Part shown: in pieces, positions 13,766 to 28,875 of the stretch | Numbering within the stretch: position 1 is the stretch's first letter | Layout of the letters: each line of letters opens with the position of its first letter | The notes under the pieces: generated by a model | What the model saw: the letters and a program-made list of their open reading frames with translations, nothing else | Told to the model about the DNA's origin: nothing | Databases searched by the model: none | DNA from: the human T2T-CHM13v2.0 reference genome, Homo sapiens | Reading direction: 5' to 3' (one strand) | NCBI RefSeq assembly: GCF_009914755.1 | Contig: NC_060933.1 | DNA: 64,000 nt | Position numbers and translations under genes: made by a program

Positions 13766-14869
13766 CTTGGCAGGCAGGAAAAGAGCAAATAAACTGTGAC
13801 AAGAGGCTGGGCTATGACAGTGGCAGTGGGAATGAGGAGAAAAGGTCATCCATGCATTCACAGAGAGGTATCATAAAGGAAAGGCAAGCAGTGAAACCTC
13901 AACAATACCATAGCTTATAGCTGTATAATGAAAATGAATCCAAACGGCCATATTACAGGACAAGAGAGAAATCTTGGCAGAGTATAGGTTCTCATAAAAG
14001 ATGGGCTCTTAAACGAGATATTTTTATGATCTGAAGATTAATAACATGTAAGGGGCTGATCAGGAAAGGGTTTGAATGTGAGGGTGGCCAGGGGTCAGAG
14101 CCAGGCAAGAATCTGAGGATTGTGGTCTCCCATCCATTGTCTAATGCCTGAGTCAGGCTGAGGCTCAAAAAATAAAAAAGTCAAAATCAGAATCATGGTC
14201 TCAGAGACCCAGCCCATGTGGCATGCGTCCTCTAGAGAGAGGCCCCTGGATTTCAGAAGTCTAGAAATGTGTGTAGAGCAATAAGGCAAAACACAGCAGG
14301 TGATGCCAGCTGGAACCTTCTCTGTTTTATTCATGCCTCATTGGCAGACGGCTGGTTCCCGGGAGGTGGCTGAATCTCACAAGGTTCAGATGTTAGAGGA
14401 AACAAATAACTAATTGTGCTGAACCTCAGCTTGGATTCATGCTGGGGTGTGGACAAGCGTTTGTGTCTCCAGAGACTGCAGTGAAGTGGAAAGCATCTAT
14501 TAGCCAGCTTGGTGATCTGAACTCAACAGAATAATTGAACTGTTGCCAAATCTGTGGGTGACTAGATGTCCTGTGTAAGCCAGGACAATCCTGAGAAATC
14601 ATGGTCATTGTCAACCGTGGCCTACACTTGAAAGGTATGGCATGTCCCCATTTTCCCTTGGAAACACATTGTGCATCTCTCTAAACTTGTTTAAGTTTGG
14701 TTACATTTCTTATAGGAACTAAGTGTATTTTCATCTTTTATATTCTTCTACCTAGATAACTAACAAGTCTATCCCCTGCTCTGTCAAAGACTTCCCTTTT
14801 ATATATTTTAAAACTATTTGATGCATCAAGCCTTGCCTTCTATTCTAGTTCAATTCAGAGATCAGAATT

Positions 14870-15780
14870 AGAACAACTTCTGAGTGCTCCCCTATCTGCA
14901 AGATCTTATGCTCAGAGTTGGACAGGTGAAGGGAAAATAATTAAAAGGTTGGTCCTTCCCTTCAAATAGCTCTCAAATCTTTTGGGATACAAACACAGCT
15001 TTATATCATAGAAATCTGTGACCACAGTGTAATGAAAATGACATAAGATCTCAAGTGATGATTAGATTGCAAGGAGGTTTCCTAGAGAAGGCAATTCTCA
15101 GCTTGGCCTTGAAAGTGGAGTATGATTTCAACAAGAAAAGAAAATGGTCACTTGAATCCTCTGCGATTCCCTTAGAAATAAGGTGTGATATGAATAAAAA
15201 ATAAAATAAATATTCAAGTTGTAATATTTTCAGGGAATCTGTATGGAGACATCCAGAAGGTAGTTAGCAGTTCCGGACTGTAAATTCAGACATGGAAGCC
15301 ACATGCCTATGACGATGAGCAAAGCTGTGGGGTAGATAGAACATGCCTGGAAAATTGGAAGAGAAGCCTGAGCAAGGAATCTTAGGGAACACCTCAGTGT
15401 AAGGCAGAGACAAAAGTGGAGACACTAACATGAGCTAAGAGCAGTTGTCAGAGAGAACAGTAAACTGTCAGCATATCAACAAAGAAGGATTTCTGAAAAT
15501 GTATCAGGTAGGATCAAGACTGAGGAGAGGCCACAGTATTTGACATTTAAAAGCCATTCTCAACCTTCCTAAGAGTAGTTTCAGTGGAGCAGTAAGTGTG
15601 GATGCCTGATTGGATCCAAAGTGTGGATGCCACATTGGATCAAGAAATGAAAGGGACTTGAGGGATGTTGGGAGCTCCTCTTTTTCAGCAAATGAGATGA
15701 AGGGAAGACAGCATCTTAAATGGAGATTTGGTGAAGAAAAGGATTTTCCTTTTAACAACAGTTAGGCACTATGGAGATTA
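14870..15780 (-). mobile_element. L2 fragments
   Basis: AGGTTTCCTAGAGAAGG...GGCCTTGAAAG; GAGTAGTTTCAGTGGAG; GGGAACACCTCAGTGTAAGG are antisense L2 motifs. Confidence 0.6.
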
Positions 15781-15894
15781 GTTAAATCAAGTGATTTCTC
15801 ACCCTTTGGGGGTTTATAGTCCTAGCAAGATTTACAATACGTAAGAAGCCTCAAAATGACTAAGTTCAGAAAACGGTGGACACAGTTGAAAACA

Positions 15895-16074
15895 CAGGCA
15901 AATTTTCTGGAAGCGGATGAAGCTGAAGTTCCAAGACCCTTCCATTGCATGAAATCCTCCAGAAGTTCAACTTAATTATCAACTTAATTTCGTTTATGAT
16001 TTTTTATTCTTTTTCTTAAGGAGGACTCCAAATTTATAAACACTTTGAGACCAAGAAAACCTGGATTGCCACTG
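15895..16074. mobile_element. hAT-Tip100 MITE (Arthur1-like)
   Basis: GATGAAGCTGAAGTTCCAAGACCCT near the left end; TATTCTTTTTCTTAAGGAGG...AAAACCTGGATTGCCACTG terminus. Confidence 0.5.
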
Positions 16075-16187
16075 ACAAAGAATAAATAAAATTGTCACTA
16101 TCTTTAAATATCATGAACAGACTCAAAATAATTAATTCCTTACCATTGTAGATGGTTGAGCCAAGGCTGGACTCATGTGAGAGAATG

Positions 16188-16625
<438 letters not shown>

Positions 16626-17099
16626 TAATGCAAAAGACTGATCTGTATGTGCTAGAAAAAAAAAAAAAAAAAACAGAAGGGAATGAGTCTAATCCGCAAC
16701 AGAATGAAGTCAATGGCCTGTAAGCTCGCTCTCAACACAATGGCTCCAGCTTTTTAAAGTTTCACCCCTTTTAAAAGGAACAAGTCTCAAGGATTTTTTA
16801 CTCATATTTTTAAATACAGTAGTTCTTAACCATTAAGATAAATACATACATACACACATACATGCATACATACATACATAGTAGAGATCTAGTTACACAT
16901 GATCTTGACATATACATTCAATATGGAAAAAATGTAGATTTTTTGAAAGTTACAAGTTCTAAGTCTGATTCTACTACCAATCCATTTTCTGTTCAGCTTT
17001 ATTCTACCTTGTAAGGAATATGATTCTTATTCTGTTAAGAGAAACAAACAAACAAATAGCTGTCTGCCTGCCTCCAGCAGCTTTAATTTTCTTTAATTT

Positions 17100-17570
17100 T
17101 TAATATTAAATTACTTTGTATCCGTTATAGTATTTCTAAGGTTTTGGTATAATTGCTCTATTAGCTTTGTCAAATTAGTTGGAAAGTTAACTACCATTTA
17201 TTATAGAACAGTTAACACACAGGAATTAACCATTCATTAAAAGTTGTTAAAATATTGCCTATAAATCCATCTAGCCAAGGGAATTTCTGGCAGCTAGTTA
17301 TCTGGCAATTTTTAAAATTTTTTTTAGTGATTACTGGATATTTTAAATTTTCTCATTTTAGGTAATTTTGGTAATAGAGTTTTTCCTTAAGAATCATTCA
17401 TTTTATGCAGATTTTTTAAAACCTTGACATAATATTATTCAATAATTATTTTAATAATCTGTATATCTAATTTTTTCTTTTCCTTGAATAAGCTTGCCAA
17501 AAGTTCATGCCTTTATTGTTTCTAAAAATATAGCTCTGTAATTTATTAAGCAATTCTACAACTTATAGTT
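17100..17570 (-). mobile_element. Degraded old L1 (L1ME-like) ORF2 fragment
   Basis: CCTATAAATCCATCTAGCC, GTAATTTTGGTAAT, AAGCTTGCCAAAAG are antisense L1 ORF2-like. Confidence 0.5.
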
Positions 17571-17648
17571 ATAAGTTTATAACTTACTAGTGCTATTGTC
17601 AAATCTTAATTGTTCTGAAATTTGAATGTATCTTTCAATAAATGCCGA

Positions 17649-17697
17649 AGAAATTTGGCAGTGGAGAAATTTGGCAGTGGAGAAATTTGGCAGTGGA
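17649..17697. repeat. Perfect 16-bp x3 tandem repeat AGAAATTTGGCAGTGG
   Basis: Three identical copies at 17649, 17665 and 17681. Confidence 0.97.
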
Positions 17698-19390
17698 CAC
17701 GTAAAGATATAAGCTGAGTCACAGTTGTAGTTGCCACATACATGTGATGGTAGCTATGCATGGAAGACGTGTTCATTCAGTTGCCAATTCAGATGATTTA
17801 TTTGCATTGATAGCCCAACATGGGGTTAAATTTTAGCTTTAAAATAATTTCTTCAATTTCATTTTTTAAAATGACCTAAAATATCATACCATGTGGCTGC
17901 ATTGAAATGAAATTTTTTGTTTATGCAGATGATTTTCCATTTCGTACAAGGCAATACAATTAAAGATGGTCAAAGTTGACAGATTTCTCACATAGATAAT
18001 AGAGCTTCCAAAGCTAGGAATGGGGGTGTGACCAATTTGGCTGACTTTCTAGAGATGCTAATTGTGATCCAGCTATATGTACTTCAGTTAAGGAAAAAAA
18101 TTATTAGTTCAACCCAGTAGAAAAAGCAAGTAAACTTCTTTAAATGTACTTTCAAATTAAACTGTCAATTCTAAAGATGAATAGTAGTTATGGCCAGAAG
18201 AACAGGAATGAAAAACACTGTGTCACGATGATGTAACACAAAACTGATGATTCCAAAAAGACATGCAGAAAGGTTTCAGACTTTGAATGTGAAGAGACAG
18301 AAACTAAAAATTTGATTGCAATATTCAAAAAGGAGAAAGAAAGTAGTATGTAATTGCATTGATAAATATATAACACAGTATATTTATTTGCAGATGACAT
18401 GATGGTATATGTAGAAAGTTCTAAGGAATTTACCAAAAAAAAACCCGACTAGAGATTGATTGCATTTCCATACATTCACGATTGGGAAATTGTATTTTAT
18501 AAAAACAAGACACATAGTAAACATGCAAAATCAATTATATTTTTACATACTAGCAATTGGGAAAAATAAAACAATAAATGTATAGGATCAAAAACATATA
18601 ATGTTAACAAAATACATGTAAAACTTCTCGCTACACAGTATATTGAAAAATATATCTAAGAAAAATTTTGAAATTGTTAAATGTATGAAAAAGTAAATCA
18701 TGATCATGCGTTAGAAGACTCAATATTAAGATATCAGTTGTCTCCAAATTGATACATAGGTTTAATGCACTTCCAATCAAAACCCCATAGGCTTTTTTCA
18801 CCAGGAAATTAACAAGGTGATTCTAAAATTTATATGGAATTACAATACACCTAGAACAGCCAAAAAAAATCTTGAAAAGGTAGAACCAAGACAGAAAAAT
18901 TATAATAACCAATATCAAGACTCACTATAAAGCTACAGTAATCAACACTTTTTGTGGTGTTGGTATAAGAATAGGAAAAAAGATCAATTAAACAGGAAAG
19001 ATAATTCATAAATAGATGTATATATGTGTGGTCAGTTGATTTTAAACAAAGGTGCCAAGGTAAATAACTGGGTAAAAGAAAACCTTTCCAACAAGTGGTT
19101 AAAAAAAATAAAATAACTAGATGACTGCAACAAACAAATTGAACTTCAACCCCTACCTCACATCAAATATAAAAATTAATATGAAATAGATAATACATCT
19201 AGAAGTGAAAAGCAAAATAAAGCTTCTAGGATGAAATACACAATATGTTTGCAACTTTGGCATAGGCAAATATAAAGTACACAAAAAGCACTAACCATAT
19301 AATATTACTCAATTGAACTTTATCAAAACAAAAATTTCTGCTTATCAGAAGACACTATTAAATAAAAATGTAAGCCGTAGACTGGGAGAA

Positions 19391-19760
19391 AATATTTACA
19401 GCACACACACATATATATATGAATATATATATTTATATATATGTGTGTTACAAATATTGTCTTCTAAATATTTACAACACACACATATATAAATATATAT
19501 TTTATAAACATACATTATATTATAAATATATGTTATATTTTATAAATATTTATATATTATATATATTACAACACATATATTTTTATATATTATATATTTT
19601 ATGTATATTTATATATGTGTGTGTTGTAAATATTGTTCATGTGTTATAATATTATAGACATGTTCAGAATGTATTCTATTTCATATGTATTGTAATAGTA
19701 TGGATATATCCAAAATGTATTATGTTTCATATATATTGTAGTATTGTAGATACAGACAGA
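19391..19760. repeat. AT-rich low-complexity, palindromic tract inside the L1M
   Basis: (AT)n/(AC)n mosaic containing a perfect 31-bp inverted repeat. Confidence 0.9.
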
Positions 19761-20159
19761 ATGTGTAAAGAACATTTATAAATCAGTAATAAAATAAATA
19801 CAGGCATACTATGTTTTGAGAGATATTGCATTTTTTACAAATTGAAGGTTTGTGGCAACCCCACGAGGAGCACGTCTATCAGCACCATTTTTCCAACAGT
19901 ATGTGCTCGTCTCTGTGTCACATTTTGAGAATTCTCACAATATTTCAAATTTTTTCATTCTTATTATATTTATTATGATGATATGTGACCATTCATTTTT
20001 GGTTTTACTACCGTAATTGTTTTAGAGCACTATGAACCACATCCATATAAGACAGTGAACTTAATCAGTAAAGGTTGTGTGTGCTTTCACTGCTCCACCA
20101 ACCAGTCATTCCCCATCTTGTTCCCTTCTTGTTCCCCAAAACAGCAGTATTGAAATTAG

Positions 20160-21481
<1,322 letters not shown>

Positions 21482-21508
21482 GAAATTAGGCCAAATAAAA
21501 ACCCTACA

Positions 21509-22900
21509 CTGGTCTCTAAGTGTTCAAGTAAAAGGAAGAGTCACAGATCTCTCACTTTAAATAAAAAGGTAGAAATCATTAAGCTTAGTGAGTAAAGCAT
21601 GCCAAAAGTCAAGACAGGCCAAAAGGTAGGCTTCTTGATCTAAACAGTTAGTCAAGTTGTGAAAGCAAAGGAAAAGTTCTTGAAGTATATTAAAAGTGCT
21701 ATTCCAGTGAACACTCAAATGATAGAAAAAGCAAAACAGTCTTATTGCCAATACAGAGAAAGCATTAATGGTCTGGATAGAAGATTAAACCAGCCACAAC
21801 AGTAAGCCAAAGCCTAATCCAGGGCAAGGCCCTAACTCTCTTCAATTCTATGAAGGTTGAGAAAGGGAAAGAAGTGGCAGAAGAAAAGTTTGAAGCTATC
21901 AGAGGTTTGTTCATGAGGTTTAAGGAAAGAAGCCATCTCTATAATGTAGAAGTGCAAGGTGAAGCAGCAAGTGCTAATATTGAAGCTGCAGCAAGTTATC
22001 TGGAAGATTCAGCCAAGTTAATTGATGAAAGTGGCTACACTAAACAACAGATTTTCAATGTAGACAAAACATCCTTCTATTGGAAGCAGATGACATCTAG
22101 GACTTTCATAGCTAGAGAAGAGAAGTCAATGCCTGGCTCCAAAGCCTCAAAGGACAGGCTGACTCTATTGTTAGGGGCCAATGAAACTGCTGACTTTAAG
22201 CTGTAGTCAGTGCTCATTTACCATTCTGAAAGTCCTAGGTCCCTTAAGAATTGTACTAAATCTGCTTTGCCTGTGCTCTATAAATGGAACAACAGAGCCT
22301 GGATGACAATACATATGTTTACAGCATGATTTACTGAATATTTCAAGCCCACTGTTGAGACCTACTGCTTAGGAAAAAAAAATTATTCTCTCAAAATATT
22401 ACTGCTCATTGGCAGTGCACCTGGTCACTTAAGAGCGCTGATGATTAACGTTTTGTTCATGCCTTCTAACACAACATCCATTCTGCAGCCCATAGATCAA
22501 GCAGTAATTTTGACTTATAAGTCTTATTAATTAAGAAATACATTCCATAAGGCTATAGTGGCCATAGATAGTTATTCCTCTAGTGAAGCAGGGCAACATA
22601 AATTGAAAACTTTCTGGAAAGGATCACCAATTTAGGTGTCATTAAGAATATTTGTCATTCATGAGAGAAGGTCAAAATATCATTAAGAATATTTGTCATT
22701 CATGAGAGAAGGTCAGACATGCATAAGAGTGTGGAAGAAGTTGGTTCCAACCTTTATGGATGACCTGGAGGGCTTCAAGACTTCAGTGGAGGAAGTCACT
22801 GCAGATGTGGTGGAAATAGCAAGACAATTAGAATTAGAAGTGGGTCCAAAGATGTGACTGAATTGCAGCAATCTTATTATAAAACTAATGAATAAGGAGT
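21509..22900 (+). pseudogene. Tigger1 transposase (pogo/CENP-B-type DDE) remnant with multiple stops
   Basis: ORF-track 21850..22206 contains [18 protein letters not shown]...[12 protein letters not shown]; the consensus start ATG appears as CTG at 21509; end approximate. Confidence 0.88.
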
Positions 22901-23949
22901 TGCTTCTTATGGATGAACATACAAAGTGATTTCTTGAGATTAAATCTACTCCTAATAAAGATACTGTGAACACTGTTGAAATGACAACAAACGATTTAGA
23001 ATGTTACATAAACTTAGTTGATAAAGCAGCAGCAGATTTTGAGAGGATTAACTTCAGTTTTGAAAGAAGTTTTACTGTGGGTAAAATACTATCAAATAGC
23101 ACCACATCCTACAGAGAAATCTTGTAAAAGGAAGAGTCAATCAATGCAGCCAACTTCATTGTCTTATTTTAAGAAATTGCCACAGCCACCCAGGCTTCGG
23201 CAGCCACCACCCTGATCAGTCAGCAACGATTAACATCAAGGCAAGAACCTCCGTCAATAAAAAGATTATGACTCAGTGAAGGCTCAGATGATTGTTAGCA
23301 TTTTTAACAATAAAGTATTTTTAATTAAGGTATGTACATTTTTATATATAATGCTTTTTCACATTTAATAGACCCCAGTATAGCATAAATGCAACTTTTA
23401 TATGCATTGGAAAACCAAAAAAATGCATGCATCTCACTTTATTGTAGGATCTAGAACCAAACCCACAATGTCTCTGGCTTATGCCTGTAAATAAAAATTG
23501 GAATTTAAAAGCATATGAATAGCCAATAAGCACATGGAAGGGTGTTCAACATCATTAGTCATCAAGAAAATTGTAAGTTATAACCATGATGGGATACCAT
23601 ATCACATTTACTAGGATTAAATTTTTTTTAAGTAAATAGCAAATGTTTGCAAAGATGTGGTGCAGTTAAAATTCTCATTCACTCAGGGTGCAATTTAACA
23701 ACAACTTTTGAAGACTCCGTCCATTCTTTATAAAGTTAAATATATACCACAGGCATATACATTGTCAAAGTATATACCTGTCAAAGTGTATACCAAAGTT
23801 TATCAAATTATACTTAATATCTGAATATTGTATTGCATGTATAGCCTACCTCAATACAAAAATTTTTTCAAGTAATACTTAGCTAAATCTTTATAACTGA
23901 AAAGGCCTGAGTTTAGAAATTTTGGAAAAATTATTCTAACCAGTCTTCT

Positions 23950-25550
23950 GTCTAAAGTTATGTTTATAATTTCTTGTTTGCCACAGGAATTATTTAGGAG
24001 AGTATCTTGTTTACATGTAATTATTAATTTCTAGTTTTAGTGGATAGTGGTCAAGAATGTAATTTGTATAATTTCTGCTGTTGATCTCTGTAAATATTTT
24101 TCATCCAAAGCTAATAAATTTCCATAAAGATCCAATTATCACAGTTTAAAATAAGGAAGCCTAAAATATCCAAACAGAGATAATAGATATAAAAAATGGA
24201 AAGATATAAAAGAGTAGAAATGAAATTAGAAAATATTGGTTTTTATATTTTTTAATATAATCTGTCAATGATTAATTTTTCTTTATATTTCAAATAAATT
24301 ATCTACTACATATCTCAAAGGAATATTATTTTTCTGCTTAAATGTATTTTCATTTGGAACTGTACCCTTATTAAAATAAAATAATTATTTTTAAGTTCCT
24401 TGTATCACATTGCTTTGAGTATATTTCCCACAAATAGAACTTAGTTGAATTTCACAGGGTTTAAAAAAATAATCTGAGAATTCAGATCTTTAAATATGTA
24501 ATTTATCTCAATTATTGACAGCTAAGACTGGCATAGCAGATCTTTATTCTTTCCTGTTTTCTGTTTTCAAACTTTCTTAGGGTTCCCTTTGTTTTGTACC
24601 TTGTTTTTAGATGGACTAGTTCTTTTTTTAATTGTAGCTATTTATATTTTTATTTTCAAAGAAGATTTTCTCTAGATAAAGGATTTTGTGACTGAAAAAC
24701 ACTTGACTAACACATATTTGGACCTATCCCTATTTTAATTGGTTTCAGACTAAGGCCAATCCTTTTCTAGCATAAGTTCTCCATTTCTTCAAGCAATTGT
24801 TTTCAAGGAGGGCATACATCTCTTGAGTCTTTGTGTATTTAAATTTTTTTTTGTTATTTCACAAGTTATAGATGACTAGGCTGGGTATAAAAGCAGTAAG
24901 TTATAACTTTGGTTCTCAAAACTCTATACAATACTCCATTTTCTTCTAAATTTAAGCTTTCACAGTAAAAGCCAGAGAATAGTCAGACTTCTGTTATATT
25001 TTTAGGTAGTCTGTTTCTTCTGCTTAGATGCTTATGAAAGTTTTTCTTATCATTATGAATTAAAATTGTTGCCAGGATACATCATTGTATGTGGCTTTGT
25101 TCATTGATTTGTCTGGAACACAATGATTTTTTTCAATCTGGATCTTACTTCTGCTCATGAATTTTTTCCTGTTATATCTAATTATTGCTTTTATTCCATT
25201 TAAGTATTTTTTCGGGAATGCCAATTATCCACATATTTACTCTTGGCTCTTTGATATTCATATTTTTTGTATTCTATGGAGAAAGCCAGATGGTTCCCTA
25301 AAGTCCTCCAGTTTATGGATCCTCCACTAAATCCTTTCGGTGAAAAAGTGCTCTCCCTCTGTGTCTTCTAAATACTCTGTTCCCCTGTAGTAAAGTATTT
25401 TTCAAAGACTTCATGTGGTTTTCCCCCCTTCTTATTTAACTTGAACAATGTGAAATTTATTCTGATTCGGTGTTTATCAGGGCAGGAGAGTTGAAGTACG
25501 TTTTGCTCTACTTTATTTATCTGATGTGCACAGCATCTGGTCCAAGCCCC
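23950..25550 (-). mobile_element. Very old L1/HAL1-like fragments
   Basis: GGCTGGGTATAAAA, TACTCCATTTTCTTCTA, TTTGTCTGGAACACAATG..TTTCAATCTGGA are antisense ORF1-like. Confidence 0.5.
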
Positions 25551-25562
25551 AGCAGTCTGCAT

Positions 25563-25907
25563 CAGTGGTCCCCAAACTTTTTGGCATCAGGGACCAGTTT
25601 TATGGAAGACAGTTTTTCCATGGATGGGGCGGGGTGGGGTGGCAGGATGGTTTCAGGATGAAACTGTTCCACCTCAGATCATCAGGCATTAGATTCTCAT
25701 AAGAAGCACGCAACCTAGATCCCTTGCATGCGCAGTTCACAATAGGGTTTGTGCTCCTAAAAGAATCTAATGCTACCACTTATCTGGCAGGAGGCAGAGC
25801 TCAGGTGGTAATGCTCACTTGCCAGCTGCTCACCTCCTGCTGTGTGGCCCAATTCATAACAGGTCACAGATGGATACCGCTCCATGGCCCAGGGGTTGAG
25901 GACCCCG
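25563..25907. mobile_element. MER1B (hAT-Charlie MITE)
   Basis: CAGTGGTCCCCAAACTTTTTGGCATCAGGGACC...GGGGTTGAGGACCCCG; 8-bp TSD GTCTGCAT / GTCTACAT. Confidence 0.92.
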
Positions 25908-26038
25908 GTCTACATGACTTCATCTAATGCACCTCTCTACCACTGAGGTTCCATCAGGCTCCACAAACAGTCTGATTTGCAGTGTACATAAGAATCTACA
26001 ATTCCAAGCATGCTGTTACCAGGGTTTATTGTTTTGTG

Positions 26039-26086
26039 TGGTGGTGGTAGTGGTGGTAGTGGTGGTAGTGGTGTAGTAGTAGTAGT
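26039..26086. repeat. (GGT/AGT)n trinucleotide microsatellite
   Basis: TGGTGGTGGTAGTGGTGGTAGT...GTAGTAGTAGTAGT. Confidence 0.9.
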
Positions 26087-27834
26087 GTTTTGGTTGTCAA
26101 CCCAAACTATAAGAGCTTTACCTGCAAGAAATTTTCCTCTGAAATGCAATATGCCTCCACCAGCCTTCCCACTGGTGGCCAAAACTGACCTAGCACCCAA
26201 GTTGTTTCCTAGGCATTTTAATTTCTCTGGATGTAGAATGATATCACAACATTCTCAGATTAACAAATCAATCCACATGGGTAAAAGCCCACCTGCCCAA
26301 TTTTTTATTGGAGCCAATCCTGAGTCTCTGAGTCTGATAATGGATAGATAACAGAGAGGACTCCACATACCCTCCCTCCTCATTTAAAAGGGTTTCTATG
26401 TCATGTAAAGTTGTCTGTTATGCCATAGAAAGAGACCTGGGTAGTTTTGTCTCAATTTTTCCTTTTATAATTAGTATAGATTCTTCCCCAGTGTTGAAAT
26501 TATGCTGGCCATTGCTTTTATTATTGTATTTCAATTACTATCTTTTTTCTTTACCTTCATAGGCATTTTATTAAGAAAACTGAGAAACACTACACCAGGG
26601 GCTGCTAGCCAGGCTCCATTTTTAGCTGGAACTCCTATAGCTTCTTAATGAATAATTAAAACATGCCTGGGGAGGATATTCAACAACTAAATCAATGCTA
26701 GAGATTATTTGCTAAAGAAGTATAATCTGGCCACCTAACTGTGAAAAGATAGAAAATATTTTTTAAGAGAGAAATAAAATGCCTAACAACTGACTAAGAT
26801 CCCTAATAGAAATGATGACAAAGGATGGTATTCCTAAAATAAAAGGCTTATGCAGACAGCTCAAGTTGCTCTCCACCCAAGCAGAATTAAGAGTACCATT
26901 CTGCAGATTTGGGATTAATGTCACCAGATCGAGTCCTAGCTATAATGCAGGCAATAACGTTTTGTAAAAAAGAACACCATGTGGCGGCCTTGCTAATCTT
27001 CTGGATGAGAATCAGTTGGAAGTTGGCAACACATATTGACATGCCTTGGACTAAAAGAAGTTCTTAACATGACACTGCAGTTTTTAGGGCTACTCACAAT
27101 TAATATGAGAGACATGGTCAAATATAGTGTGGAATATGGACAACTATAAAATTGTTGAATACTAAGCACTTAAGTCAAATGAAATCTTCAAATTTTGGAA
27201 TAGTTCAAATAAAAGCCTAGAGGTAACTGGAGATCACAGTTGATGTCTATTTGGATGGAGAACAGGAAAACTACTGCTAGAGGAGGGTCCATTTAAGGTT
27301 GAATTTGGCCGTTATTTTTGAAAAGGATTTAGGTCTAAGTTCTTTAGTTTGAGAACGTACAGAAATGGGTAGATAGCTCATTCTGGAAGCTGAAACTGCT
27401 TCTACCAAGAATAAAATGTTCCCCCATGAGAAATATGAGCTCTCCATGTTTAGAGCCCTAAATAAAGGAGGTCCAATCCCCTTTCTGAGGTCAATGCTAA
27501 TATCCTCAGCCTTCCAAGAGAGTTTAACAACTCCAAGTTCTCCTCCAGCCAAATGAGGAAAAACTTAACAAGAAAGAGCTTGCCTTCAACATGGCTAAAA
27601 CTACAGCCTGATTTAACCTATTTTCCCAAATAAGATGTATCATAAAGCAGGATAGGGATACTAAAAGGGGATGGGAACTGAGGGACTAAGACTGGGATAG
27701 GATCAAGAGGTGGGCAAAATGTTTTTAATAGCAAAACCTCAGTACTCTGGCAGCACATAACAGGGAAGCATCTTGTCTGAACTAGTCAGCCCTGCCCTTT
27801 CAATAGGAGGGGCCCAGCTAATCCTTGGATAAAA

Positions 27835-28010
27835 TTATTTTAGAACTAAAAGAGAATTTAGAGATTATCTAGTCTAGCCCCCTTGCTTAAGGACACTTGG
27901 GCCCTGAGAGATTAAAAGACTTGCTGGGCTCACATGGTTAATTAGTTGCAGAAGTGGAATTATAACTCAAAATCTCCTGATGCTCATTATGATGTTCTTC
28001 TTGCTCCTTT
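27835..28010 (-). mobile_element. MIR3-like SINE
   Basis: TTAGAGATTATCTAGTCTAGCCCCCT...GGCCCTGAGAGATTAAAAGACTTGC...ACTCAAAATCTCCTGA. Confidence 0.6.
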
Positions 28011-28652
28011 TATGGAAATTCTAAGGGAGGCAGCATGACACAGCCAAAACAGAACTATTTCAACTCCAGTTTTTGAGTTCTAGTCTTCTCCGTCCTAGTT
28101 TCAGTGATAGAATCCTAGAAGCCAGGACTTCATTTTGTTCCATCTGCTACCCAAAGCAAGAATCCACAAAATGATAGTAGCAATGAGCAACTGTGTGGGC
28201 AACTAGGCTCTTGTAAACCCCTCTCAGGGATGGATCTCTCACTGCCTCAGAGGGAGCTGATATGACTCGGCAGCAGCTTTTCTTGATGACCTGAAATCTG
28301 CTTCCCTGAAATTTTTATTTTGACCTCCAAGAAGGCACCTTCTTCTCTTCCACATGATAGCACTGCTCATTTAATTCAACAAATATTCACGCAAAGCCTG
28401 TATTTGCTAGGTTGCATTCTGTATTTTGGAACTATAAACCTGACATTGCAGAACACATAATCTAGTCAGGAAGATGATCCTTAATTGCTATTAAATATGA
28501 TAATACATGCATATAATTGCCAGGCACATGTAAATACTCAATAAATACTAGACATTATTCTTATTAACTATTATACAGCTATTTCATCTTTTCATGCCCA
28601 AACTAAATCTCCACTTTGCTTAAGCATGCAACATAGAATGTGGCCTCTAGAT

Positions 28653-28875
28653 CAGGGGTTGGCAAACTTTTTCTTTACAGGGCCAGACGGTAAATACTTT
28701 AGCTTTTGCAAGCCATATGGTTTCTGCCACAACTACTCAATCCTGCATTTCTAGCATGAAAGCAGCTATAGAGAATATGTAAATGATGGCTGTGGCTGTG
28801 TTCTAATAAAACTTTATTTATCAAAACAGGCAACTGCTTGCATTTGACCCACAGGCCACAGTGTGCCAACCTCTG
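28653..28875. mobile_element. MER58A (hAT-Charlie MITE)
   Basis: CAGGGGTTGGCAAACTTTTTCT...GTGCCAACCTCTG; TSD CTCTAGAT / CTTTAGAT. Confidence 0.92.

Noticed and set aside
17649-17697. 16-bp repeat as a CRISPR-like or iteron array
   Set aside because: The copies are contiguous with no spacers; it is an ordinary short tandem repeat.
26010-26351. ORF with a GGSGGS/VVVVV low-complexity stretch
   Set aside because: Produced by the (GGT/AGT)n microsatellite.
26650-27350. Possible sense-strand CR1/L3 relic
   Set aside because: The similarity is too faint to place boundaries by eye.
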